A DNA stretch of 62,723 nt, the filler included, from Folioceros fuciformis (taxonomy: Eukaryota): NCBI GenBank assembly GCA_049999805.1. It is 3 parts of 2 records of this genome, joined end to end, with 100 filler letters (N's around TTAATTAATTAA, not from the genome) between each part and the next. Parts side by side here need not be neighbours in the genome. Positions count along the whole stretch, not along the records: positions 1 to 31,923 come from JBNGIO010006217.1; 2 more parts are not named here. One strand, written 5' to 3'. The notes beneath the pieces were generated by a model. That model did no database searches and had not been told where the DNA came from. It was given only the letters and a program-made list of their open reading frames with translations. A program made the translations under genes and the position numbers. The stretch's first letter is position 1, and every line of letters begins with the position of its first letter. Shown piece after piece: positions 1-10,976 of this stretch.

Positions 1-425
1 CCTTGCTCCTCCAGGCCCGCGCTCTGCTGCTGTGGAATGCCGACGTAAGGCGCCGCCAGTCGCTTCAGATAAGGCCCAAAATCCACATCCAGGGCCAAGG
101 GCGCCAGGCCGGCTCCGTCCGGCGGCAGCCTCCGCCAGCTCATAAACTTCCAGAAGGCGCCCCTCACCTCACCGAGGAACTTGAAGGCATCCTCGGTCCC
201 CAGTGCCTCATCGATCACTCCGCAGAAGCTGAAGCCGTCCTCCATGAGGCAGCTGATCATCCTGCCCCTCCTGGTGAAATTATACCGGCTGTGATTGCTT
301 GCCACTCTTTCCAGGAGCTGCACGCACTCCTGCACCAGTTCCGGCTCGCCATCGTTGTACACTGCCAGCAGCACGCTCCCCCTTGCCACTACCGCAAAGT
401 AGATCAGATTCGGCAAAACCCCCAT
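1..425 (-). CDS. Longin-domain protein, probably phytolongin; runs off the window edge
   Basis: Manual translation from the ATG at 425: MGVLPNLIYFAVVARGSVLLAVYNDGEPELVQECVQLLERV...GRMISCLMEDGFSFCGVIDEALGTEDAFKFLGEVRGAF, matching the longin N-terminal pattern. Open and intronless to base 1. Absent from the ORF track because no stop lies in the window. Confidence 0.8.
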   Translation of the reverse strand, partial: MGVLPNLIYFAVVARGSVLLAVYNDGEPELVQECVQLLERVASNHSRYNFTRRGRMISCLMEDGFSFCGVIDEALGTEDAFKFLGEVRGAFWKFMSWRRLPPDGAGLAPLALDVDFGPYLKRLAAPYVGIPQQQSAGLEEQ

Positions 426-1289
426 ACCTCAGGGCTCAGGCCGCGCCGTGCGGCACGGCATCTACCTCTCCGCCTCCTTCCCCGTCACCACATCATGTGA
501 TCCGTGCTCTGCCTCCCCCGCATCTTCGTCTCCCAGCCCAGATCCACAGTCTGCAGCGCAAGGAGAATACGGCAGCCGGGAATTCGCCACGCCCTTCCTC
601 GTCAACGCGCATGGAACGAATCAGACGGCTCCGGCCACCGAAAACCAGATCTGGGGAGGGAAGCAGCACTCGATGTGGCCAGCCGATCCGATCGCAACGA
701 AAACCGCAGACCGACCGACCGACCGACTGCGTCAACCAACGCAACCCTATTTACCTCACTCACGCCATCTGCCGTTCGAAACGGCTTCTTTCCTCACACC
801 CCGCACTGCCATCGTGACGTCCTCCGGTCGGGACGTGCCAACCTGATCAACATCTGCTCACGTGTGAACACGCCACCTTTTCCCTCTTCCTCTTCCACAC
901 ACATCTCGTACATAACACATCCACATTGCTAGCCCATGAATTAACAACCCATTTATTTTGCACGATTCAGCGTCTACAAGAGATCCCCGTGAACCCAAAT
1001 ATCTTCTACACACATACATACAAAAGCCAACATCCCATAACACATTAGATTCTACCGTTCACAGTTAGCAAGAAAAGTATATTATTATTACTATTATAAC
1101 TATTATATGTTTCAAGTCACCTACAATACCCATCAGAAAATCCTTCGGGAGATTGAAAGGTTCATGGTTGTCGTCTCTACCTCTCTACCTCCAAGCTTCC
1201 TTGGTGAGCGATGGAGATGTATCAAAAGACACTGACTTACAAGCACTCACAATGACAAAGAGCTCAAATGAGCTTCTCTCTTCACACAA

Positions 1290-3010
1290 TCTAATACAAC
1301 ACCATCAGTCCCCCTTCCTGGCATGTCCCTATCTGCACACACTCTAGTACAACACCATCAATCTGCCTGCCTTTCTAGCATGTCTCTCTCTACACGCATT
1401 CTAGTACAAACACCATCAATATGCCTGCCTTTCTAGCATGTCTCTCTCTACACGCATTCCAGTACAAACAACATCAAACCACCAACTTGTTTGCTTTGCC
1501 TTTTCAATCCCAAATCGGTTAGGTACAAGACTACCCGTTTAGCTTTTCAGTGACCTGTTTGCTTTGCCTTTTCAATCCTAGAACGGCCAAGTACAACACC
1601 ACCCGTTCGGCTTTTCGGTGCTAGAACGCATGCTCAAGCAATGGCCACTTACTTCTTTGGCTTTCTAGTGCCACAACACCCACCTGCATTCTAGTACTGC
1701 ACCACCAATTTGCCTTTCTAGTGCTAGAATGGCCACCCACATTCCGGTTTGCCTTTCGGAAAGGCTATACACATTCCTTCAGCCTTTCCAATGCTAGAGT
1801 GACCACTCACATTCTAGACTAGTACTATACAACACTAATGGTCTTATACTACTTTCTAGTAGTTAGAGCAAGACCAACTATCTTGCATTCTAGTACGATA
1901 CTAATGGTCTTAGACTACTTTCTGGTGCTAGAACAAGACCAGCTGCAATGCATTCTAGTACATCACCATGAGTTGGCCTTTATAAAACCACAACAACTAT
2001 AGCTTCATCTTTTACACATCATCGGTCTACTACCTCTGTGGACCAACTACAACACATTCGAGTACATCACCACGAGTGTGCCTTTATAATGCTACAACGA
2101 CTATAACTTCATCTTGTACAACATCACCAATTTGCCTCTCTAATACCACAAACTGCTATAGCGTAATCTAGTACAACATCACCAATGTGCCTCTCTAGTG
2201 CCGCAACGGCTATAGCGTTATCTAGTACAACATTACCAATGTGCCTCTCTAGTGCTGCAACGGCTATAGCGTCATCTAATACAACATCACCAGTGTGCCT
2301 CTTCGGTGCCGCAACAGCTATAGCTTCATCTAGTACAACATCACCATTGCACCTTTCTAATGCCACAATAGCTATGACTTTTATTACAACACCCCAAGTT
2401 TGCCTTTCTAGTGCCACTACGGCTATGACTTTATCTAATGCGACACCCCAAGTTTGCCTTTCTAGTGGCACAACGACTATGGCTTCATCTAGTTTGCCTT
2501 TCATCTAGTTTGCCTTTCTAGTGCCACAATGACTGCAACTTCATCTAATACAACATCACCAATGCACCTTTCTAGTGTCACAATAGCTATGACTTCATTT
2601 AATACAACACCCCAAGTTTGCCTTTCTAGTGCCACAATGACTATGCCTTCATCTAGTTTGCNNNNNNNNNNCACAATGACTATGCCTTCATCTAGTTTGC
2701 CTTTCTAGTGCCACAATGGCTATAGCTTCATCTAGTTTGCCTGTTTAGTGCCACAATGGCTATGGCTTCATCTAGTATCACACCCCAAGTCTGCCTTTCT
2801 AGTGCCACAATGGCTATGGCTTCATCTAGTATCACACCCCAAGTCTGCCTTTCTAGTGCCACAACAACAGCTATGGGTACATCTAGTATCACACCCCAAG
2901 TCTGCCTTTCTAGTGCCACAACAACAGCTCCCAAGTCTGCCNNNNNNNNNNCCACAACAACAGCTCCCAAGTCTGCCTTTCTAGTGCCACAACAACAGCT
3001 ATGGGTACAA
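1290..3010. repeat. Tandem minisatellite, unit ~54-57 bp
   Basis: Repeated unit like CTAGTGCCACAATGGCTATGGCTTCATCTAGTATCACACCCCAAGTCTGCCTTT; two 10-N gaps inside; copies are more diverged towards the left. Confidence 0.9.
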
Positions 3011-3049
3011 AAGTTCTAACTACATCAGTTGTTAAATCGATTAAAATAA

Positions 3050-3121
3050 TGCCTCCACTGAGGATCGAACTCAAGACCTTCAGTTTACAAGACTGACGCT
3101 CTACCACTGAGCTATAGAGGC
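3050..3121 (-). tRNA. tRNA-Thr(UGU)
   Basis: Reverse complement GCCTCTATAGCTCAGTGGTAGAGCGTCAGTCTTGTAAACTGAAGGTCTTGAGTTCGATCCTCAGTGGAGGCA folds into a cloverleaf with anticodon arm TCAGT-CTTGTAA-ACTGA; a TTTT run follows. Confidence 0.95.
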
Positions 3122-5048
3122 TGCGATAAACTGTGCGAAAGCAAGCATATATTCATTTAAAAATTTAGTTTCCAGGTCACTATGAGCTTCGTGGCTGTTT
3201 TGGGTGAACAATAGAACTCTTCTTCTTTTTGGATGTCCTCTATCCGAAGCTACAGACCGCGATTTCAGTGCCCCCCGGATGACGTGCACTGTTCTGTCAG
3301 TTCGGCCTTGGATATCCTCCATCCGCAGCGACAGATCACGACTTTTGTGCTCCCAGAATTGCGCACTCCGTCCTGTCAGTCTGAGACGAAATCCCTTGCA
3401 CGGCCTCTCGATCGACAAGCCGCTGAGTCACGGAATGTCACGGTCTTCCTGGGGTTGCCCTGGTTTCGCGACTGATGATTCAGAGGCCCAGATCTTTGGT
3501 GCTTGGAAGTGGCAAGACCATGGGCCTGCGAGACCCCTGCGCCTGCACTCCAAGACGGCCAATGCTGCATGAAGAATTGTCTCATCGTCTAGCAGACATC
3601 AGCAGACTCCACCTACCATCTGCTGGACATGAGAGCAACTCATCAGCCGTATCACGCAAGGGTATGACGGCCCTCCTTACTCCTCCTCCGAAGGCTTTGT
3701 CAATCGTACTCGTTTAAGGGCGTGAGGGCGTCACAGGTTGGTGACCATACTTCAATCCTCGTCACATGGCACGGAGTGAATATTCTTCCTTCACGTGGCC
3801 ATGGTCCAGGGTGTCTTAAAACCTAAGCTTAACCGGAGAGGGAGCCTTGGAAGATTTGGAACACTACGAGATCCTCCGTGTCGGAACATCAAGGTGAGCA
3901 GAGCCATCACTGCCATCAGTGTCAGGCGCTGTCTTCCTTCTCTTGATTTTTCTCTCATACCACTACCCGAGACCCTCTGCAGTTGACGACACGGAAGAAG
4001 TATCTACACGTTTCATTCTTCAATTCATATCCTGCTGACGATGAATTACCTACTTACCGTTCTCCCAACTTGCCGCAGTGACCCTTGTCGGCATTTCCAT
4101 TCCCCCCTTCTCCGAGAGGATCTGGGTCACATGCTCCAATTCCCAAGTGATCCTCACTTGACTCCAGCTTCATCACCACCTCTGTCCCTTTCTTGCCGAC
4201 TTCAAGTATTTCACTGGGACGGCTTGTTAGTTGGCTCAGGATCCGTCCCAAAGAGAACTGTCTCCTGCCAGACGCTTTCGCTTAGGCTGCACTCCTTGTT
4301 AGGAAGACTTGTATTTGAGAGGAGGCACATTGCCTGCTCAGATCAGTGAGGGACCACGAAGAGGCTTCCCAACTTAGGGCCTCCGAGACGGTAGGACTCA
4401 AGAAGACCATACCTTACTCCCAACATGAACCTCAAATGCGCATGGCTTGAAAAGATCTGACTACAGTCTGTTCATTCATTCTCCTGTCGGCAAGCTCCGA
4501 GTACCTTCTGGAGAAAGCAGTCTGAGGCTCGCCCAATGGCCGAGACAGGGCCAGAGACGCGTGAAAAAGAAGCATTGGGAGCTTCTCAGTCCTTTCGGCA
4601 GGCTCACTTCCACTTTAATATCCTATCTAAACTTCGAGTACTGTATGTTAGACAGCCAGCAATGCCGAGTACATTTCGATAAACTGCAGGGGACGTGAGA
4701 GGATGGACTTGAGTGCATAGCGTTCAGGGACTCTGTTGTCTCGTCATTCTTGCTCCTTTCGCCCTCCTTACGACGTTGCCGGGTCTAAACAAGGACAAGG
4801 TGTGGCTATCATGGGGTTGCTTTGTAATCAGGGGGTCTGACCTCTGAGGACTTCCTCTTCATCGACACCAGTCTTACTCCAAGCGCGCCGAAGGAGAGCA
4901 GAGGAGAAGCAGCCGGAAGAGGCCGGTAGGATGCAGGAGCGAGACGCAGCTGGGTAGGGGCCTGAGAGTGGCGATGGCGGAGCGCGGGGAGCGGGTTTTG
5001 GATCCCGTGTCGATGCGCGTTGCAATGGCGTGATTGTAGCTGCCTGGG

Positions 5049-7388
5049 ATGGGGAACTCCCGCTCCAGTAATGCATTGTCGCAGACCGCATGGTCGTCGG
5101 GGTCTTCTTCTCCGCGATACCAGCCTGCCGCGCGAGGAGGAGCAGGGAGCACACCGCTAGGGCGGAAATTCTCCAGGAAGTACTTGCGCATTAGCGACCA
5201 GTTCACCACTCTTGAGCAGGTGCTGGTGCTGGTGTTGGCTTTGCCAGGAGGTGCAGAGCGTTTTTCTTGCGAGATCTTTGAAATTCGGCAGCGGAGGCGA
5301 GGGTTTGGAGCTTGGGAAGCGTTGTAGCTCACTTCCGCTGTTTCCGCAGGTGCAGCAAGCGTTGAGTCAAGCTGGTCTGGAGTCGTCCAATCTCATAGTT
5401 GGGATCGACTTCACCAAAAGCAATGAATGGACAGGTGCTTCACTGACCTCGCTGATGGAGGTTGTGAGGGACATGGCTGAGGTAGTAGCGTGCGTGATGA
5501 CGCGGTTTCTGGTTTGGCAGGGAAGCACTCGTTTAATTGTCGAAGCCTGCATGCCATCGGCGCTACTCCTAATCCCTATGAGCAGGCCATTTCCATCATA
5601 GGCAAGACGTTATCAGCTTTTGACGATGACAATCTAATTCCATGCTTTGGTTTTGGAGATGGTAAGTAACGTTGGGGTTTGTGGTTCGTGTCGATCTCCT
5701 TGCCTGAAGTTCTGATATTGTGTTGAATGTTTCGGTGTTTCGTCAAACAAGAAAATGAATTTTCTCGTCTCCTGACCAGCTTCAACGCACGATCATTATG
5801 TATTTAGTTTTCTGCCGGACCACCGGCCCTGTCACGGATTTGAGGAAGCTCTTTCGAGATACCGCGCAATTGTTCCTCATCTTCGCCTTGCTGGTAAGCT
5901 AGCCACCCAAAATCTCGCTCGAGACGCAAATGCCAGCCGTATGTTGGGTGTCTTCTCTGGAGATGAGAACCAAAGTATCTATGACTAAGGCCAAGTGCAA
6001 GCTGGGTGTACTGCAACATTTATGTGGGTCACAGATTCTTACTTGGAACATCTACAGGGCCAACTTCGTTCGCGCCTATTATTGAAACAGCGACGGCCAT
6101 TGTTGAGCAGACTGGAGGGCAGTATCATGTCCTCCTCATCATCGCAGATGGGCAGGTCCGTTGCCGCCCACTGGACTGACTCTGCCTTCAGTTGAACTGG
6201 TCTTTGCACTTTGTGACGCTTGTCAAGGTCTCCTATCTTGCTGAGTCTGGACTGGCAGGTGACAAGGAGTGTGGACACGGAAGATGGCGGATTAAGTCCG
6301 CAAGAGCAAGCAACCATTGATGCAATTGTCGCTGCAAGGTAAGGTCTTCTTGCTGTTGCAGCCTATCTGAAAACTGTCTTAGATGTAGCTTCCTGACAAG
6401 CATGCGGTTTGTTCTTTTTGAAACTTCGACGGCAGTGAGCGTGCTCTCTCAATAGTGGTGGTTGGAGTAGGTGATGGTCCTTGGGATATGATGCGTGAGT
6501 TTGATGACAATATCCCAGCTCGAGGTTTCGATAATTTTCAGGTGGGAAATCCACTAACCTTTGAGTTCATCCGGGTTTGGATCTCTGGGTTCTAATGGAG
6601 ACGTGTTTTTTGTATGCAGTTTGTAAACTTTTCCCAGATAATGGCTAAAAACATGGCAATATCTCAAAAGGAGGCTTTGTTTGCCTTATCGGCTCTGATG
6701 GAAATACCTGGCCAGTATCAGGCCACCATCGAGCTTAACATCTTGGGGTGAAAGTGGTTTTTTTGCAACAACTTCTTGCTTACCTGGTTCTGTTTGAGCT
6801 GCTTTTAACTATGGCTTTCGGCGTTTCTTAATGCAGCAAGCGAAAGAGTAATGTTAAGTTTCATCCCCCGCTACCGCCTCCCCAAGGAGTTCTACAGGCA
6901 GACTCTGCTGTGAGCAGCTTTCCTCACTCGACAAGCATGTCACGCTACCCTGATCTAAGCGAGTTCTACGCAACGTCTCAACGTGCGGAGTACTTTTCTC
7001 AGTCTCCTTTGCGAAATATTCAATCGGCAGTGGCCTCACCGAACAGAGTTAGCGATGCCCAGGTACCTACCACCTCCGATCAGCATGATCTGTACTCTTT
7101 ATCTGTGGAATTCGTGCTGGCATGGTTTCCTTTTTTAACTTCTTTGTCGCTTCGAATGCAGCTTTGCCCAGTCTGTTTAACAGAGCGGAAAGACATGGCA
7201 TTTGGCTGCGGCCACCAGGTAGAAAGACATGGCATTTGGCTCCGGCCACGACGTTTCTAGCCAGAATGTCCTCAAAAACTTAATCTAACCTGGGAACCTT
7301 TCTGCAGACTTGTCGAGAATGTGGGCCGGGATTGGAGAATTGTCCCATCTGTCGACTCGAGATCAGCACACGGATCAGATTGTACTAA
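5049..7388 (+). CDS. RGLG: RING domain ligase (copine/vWA plus C-terminal RING E3 ubiquitin ligase), multi-exon
   Basis: N-terminal MGNSRS (myristoylation-type), [99 protein letters not shown] introns. Confidence 0.95.
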
Positions 7389-7690
7389 AATTGGGACCAT
7401 AGTGTCCATTCGAACTGAGGAATATTGCCCTGCAGCGTGCCCAATCCATGTCGGGCCTTGATACAAAATTTGGAATGTTGGATTTAGATTTGCCATGGTT
7501 GTGGTTTGTGATGTTTTCTGGGCCCTAGTTGTAATCATACATAAAGTACACAAAAAAAACTGTACATGTATGTTGGTTAGTATCTAGTCTTCACTTCTCC
7601 GTTGTGGCGGCGTTATCGGATCTTGTCGTAGGTGGTTACGTTAGGATGTTGTCGGTCTTTCACTTCCTGTCTTACTATCTAAATGTTGAT

Positions 7691-9870
7691 CTAAATGTTG
7701 AACGCTCGGCCGCCAGTACTTATGTATTTGCCATCCTGCTGCACTTTCCTTGAATTTGCGGGCACATTCATTATTGCGGGTTTAGGCAGCAATTGAACGG
7801 TGTCGACATGCAGGTCTTCACTTTTGAACTCGTCTTCAACGGAAGAGGGGCCGAAGGAGACTCTCAGAGGCCTGAACAGCAGCTTCGAGGGACTCTTCAG
7901 TTTGTGGAGTTTCAGTCTGTCTTCCAGGGCTGTATGTGTTCTGAAGAACACTTCATCCATGTCTGGAGCAGTATCAACATAAGAATCCCACCTACGACAT
8001 TTCTCTATACCCTGTAATGAGGTAAACCAGCCATCATGCCCGTTGTCTCCCGCCAACGGAGGGTCATGTGCTCTGGAGGAGTAAAGTGCTTCCTGGTTGA
8101 AGTATGGCTGCGTGTCCTCTTCATTCTGATTCAACCTACGTGCCCAGAGCAGAAACGTTAAACTGTTCTGTTGAGAGGTTTTGTTCTCAAGAGCTTTTCT
8201 TCATTTGCTTTCCTTGCCCTTTTTCATAGCTAAGCCATTTAGGCTAACCAGGTAGAATGTTCGATCACAGAATGACGAGAAAACCTGTTTTGTAAGTACG
8301 ATGCTGCAGCAGTAAGCTTGCCAGAAGATCCTGATTTTTGTGTTGAGTTGCCATCAAGTTCCATCAACAATGACTCAACCTTGGCTAGCACGGCATTCTC
8401 GCTCTGTGACATGGAATGTATGTTGATGCAAATGTCCTGCCCAAGGTGACAATCATCTTTAGATTACAGGTGTCCTGAGGATGCCACCTTACCTTTTGCT
8501 TAAATGCAGCTATCTGTGAGATGGCTGCCTGACGTAGCTCATTGTTTCGCATTGCAAACTCCCTTTCCAGCTGTGAAGCCCTTTCTCTGTATTGCTGCCA
8601 AGGAGAGGAGAAATAGACCAAGTTGAAGTCAAACTTCCTGGGAGTGATTCTCAACGTATTCCATCACAGGATATGCTGTACTAGGTCTTCCACCTGGTTG
8701 TTATCTTGCAGTACTTGCATTATGTGTGGAGAACATTCTGGAAGTTCACCATCTTACGTGTTCAAGGTACGTAAACCTCTTCATCAGCAACTGCTCCTCA
8801 TGCGCCTTCACCGTATCCAGCTCTCCCAAGGCTCTTTGCAGGCTATCCTCCATTCGCTGAGCCTCTGAGCGTCAGAAACCGTTACTATCAACACCCCATG
8901 AGCACCATCGTGACCTACAGACCTGAAAGGATTTCAAAACGTGTACCAACCCATTTTCTTGTTCAGAAGATGAGACTTGGTTGCCTCCATGAACTGCTCA
9001 ATGGCAGTTTCCAACCTCGTGTCCACAGACCTGTTGCTGTGATTGGCCACCGGAGCCTTCTTTCTCTCTTGTATCAAGTGCTCCCGTCGCGGGATGTCGT
9101 CTCCCCGAGGTGGCAGCTGCGGAGGAGAAGGCTTCGGCAGAAGCTCCCTCTCCCTCTTGACATCCTTCTGCATATGTTCCTGCAGCCACCAAGAATCTGT
9201 AGCATGTCGGAGACGGAGAAGGAGGCTGGAAGCATTCTGAGTGGACAGACGATGCTCCACCTTGAGCAATTTGTCGACGCTGCAGAACTGGTTCACCAAA
9301 TCCGTGCACTGATTCTTGGATTCCCCTGCATTGTCTTCACCGATCCAGCCGAACCCCCATTAGCAAACCACCACCAGGCCACATTCCTGTTCCCACAACA
9401 TACAACACTTTCTTACACCTTCCCCAGAGCCGCATCCTGTACCTGCGTCTGCACTTCGCTCCAATTCAGCGTCATTGGCCAGCGCACCCAGTTCTGCATG
9501 AGCCATGGCATAACCCTTTCATACAGACGAGCATGGATGCTCCTCATGGACTCCCATCTCCTCTCCTCTCCTCCTCCCCCAGTACACACAAGGTACTGTC
9601 GGCAAAGATGCTTACTGCTCAGCAGTTGATCCAGCCTTTGCATGTTGGCATCATCTGCTATGGTATGCCCCATCCTACTGGGGCTTCTTTCCTCCGTTCT
9701 TGCTCCTTCCTGACTCCTGCTTCCCTGGGCACGTCGTCTTCCCTCCATCAAAATGCCTCTCCTCGGCTGTGCACACAGGCAGCCTTTCTTTCCTGTATCT
9801 CACCAAACTCCTCCTCCCCTGAAGCCTTCTTTCCCTCCATGCATTCCAATCTGGGTAGCTCCGCCTCTAC
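7691..9870 (-). CDS. Hypothetical multi-exon coiled-coil protein; boundaries approximate
   Basis: Chain of minus-strand open segments flanked by GT/AG, e.g. EAQRMEDSLQRALGELDTVKAHEEQLLMKRF and QQYRERASQLEREFAMRNNELRQAAISQIAAFKQK; last exon 7691-8136. No family recognised. Confidence 0.5.
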
Positions 9871-10454
9871 ACACGGAACTCCGCACACAACCCACAGAAA
9901 GGTCCGTCAGGCTGAAATCTGAAACCCTCTCCTCCATCCCCGCCTCAACCGAGCTTTGACGTACCCACGAAAATGCTGGGTTCTTGACGTCATCATCTCC
10001 ATCACCAGAGTTTGAGTGATGTGGCGTATGTAATCCCGAGGAAAATGAGGGATTAATTTGAAATTATTCAGTAGTTAAGTTCGTGTTCATAACTGTGTTA
10101 GTAAGTCAACATTCTCATGGGGCAGAAGTCCCGGGTTCGATTCCTTGGTCTGATTAAAGAGCATCTCTTTCCTTTAAGGGAGAGTCATGTTTCTTCTATG
10201 TCGCCGCAAGGGTTTGCATGAGTGTGCATGTCGTGAAATTTCCGTAACTGCTCTCTTGGGTCAAAATCCTCGGCCAGTACCTACCCGCAGATTCACCGTC
10301 CCCGCTGGCAAGGCTGGCGGTAAAAACATGCGTCTACCGCGGCAGCTGCGGCCCCACAAAATCGGCGCGTACACTGGAATTTGAACCAGGCGGCGGTGAA
10401 AGCAGCAACCTTGCGACATAGGCGGGTAAAAAAGCTAAACATGGAATCGTATAC

Positions 10455-10585
10455 TCTCTCCTCTCTCTAGCTCCCTCATCTCTCCTCTCTCTCATTCTCC
10501 GCCCGCTTCCTCTATTTTCTGAACGAGAGCTCTCTCTCTGTCCCTCGCTTCCTTCCTTCCTTTCCTACCTTCGTCTCTCTCCTTG
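10455..10585 (+). promoter_or_regulatory. CT-rich (GA/TC) tract upstream of the MYB gene
   Basis: Long pyrimidine (CT)n-rich stretch of the kind found in plant core promoters and 5' leaders; function inferred. Confidence 0.45.
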
Positions 10586-10976
10586 AGCCCATCGCCCGCA
10601 GCAAGTCCGACCAGCCTTCACGCCCCGATCTGATCGCGCACGCGTGCCTTCACGACCGGCGCTCGCGGCTTGGCCTCCTCCGGCCTCCCCTCGCCCGTTT
10701 CGCTCCTGCTCCCGACCGGACGCGCCGCTGGCTGTCATGGATTAGCGCAAGGCGATGCTGGCCGGGATTGCGCGTGTGAGTGAATGAGATCGGGCGCGGA
10801 AAGGAGGCATGAAATTCAAAAGCCGGGTCACCGGGGCTTCGCTTTTCGGCAGCGCCAGAGCTCAAAGCCGCCGTCTTCTTGCTGCTGCTGCTGTAAGGTG
10901 ACGTGATCGGATCGGATTCGGGAAGGAGGAGGAGCATCTCATAGCATCGCATCGACCCCGCCGCCGAGCGAGTTGG

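Noticed and set aside
2124-3019. Repetitive ORFs on both strands of the minisatellite
   Set aside because: By-product of unit lengths divisible by three; no family match.
10110-10158. tRNA-like fragment GTCCCGGGTTCGATTCC
   Set aside because: Only a B-box/T-arm match; no D arm or acceptor stem could be folded.
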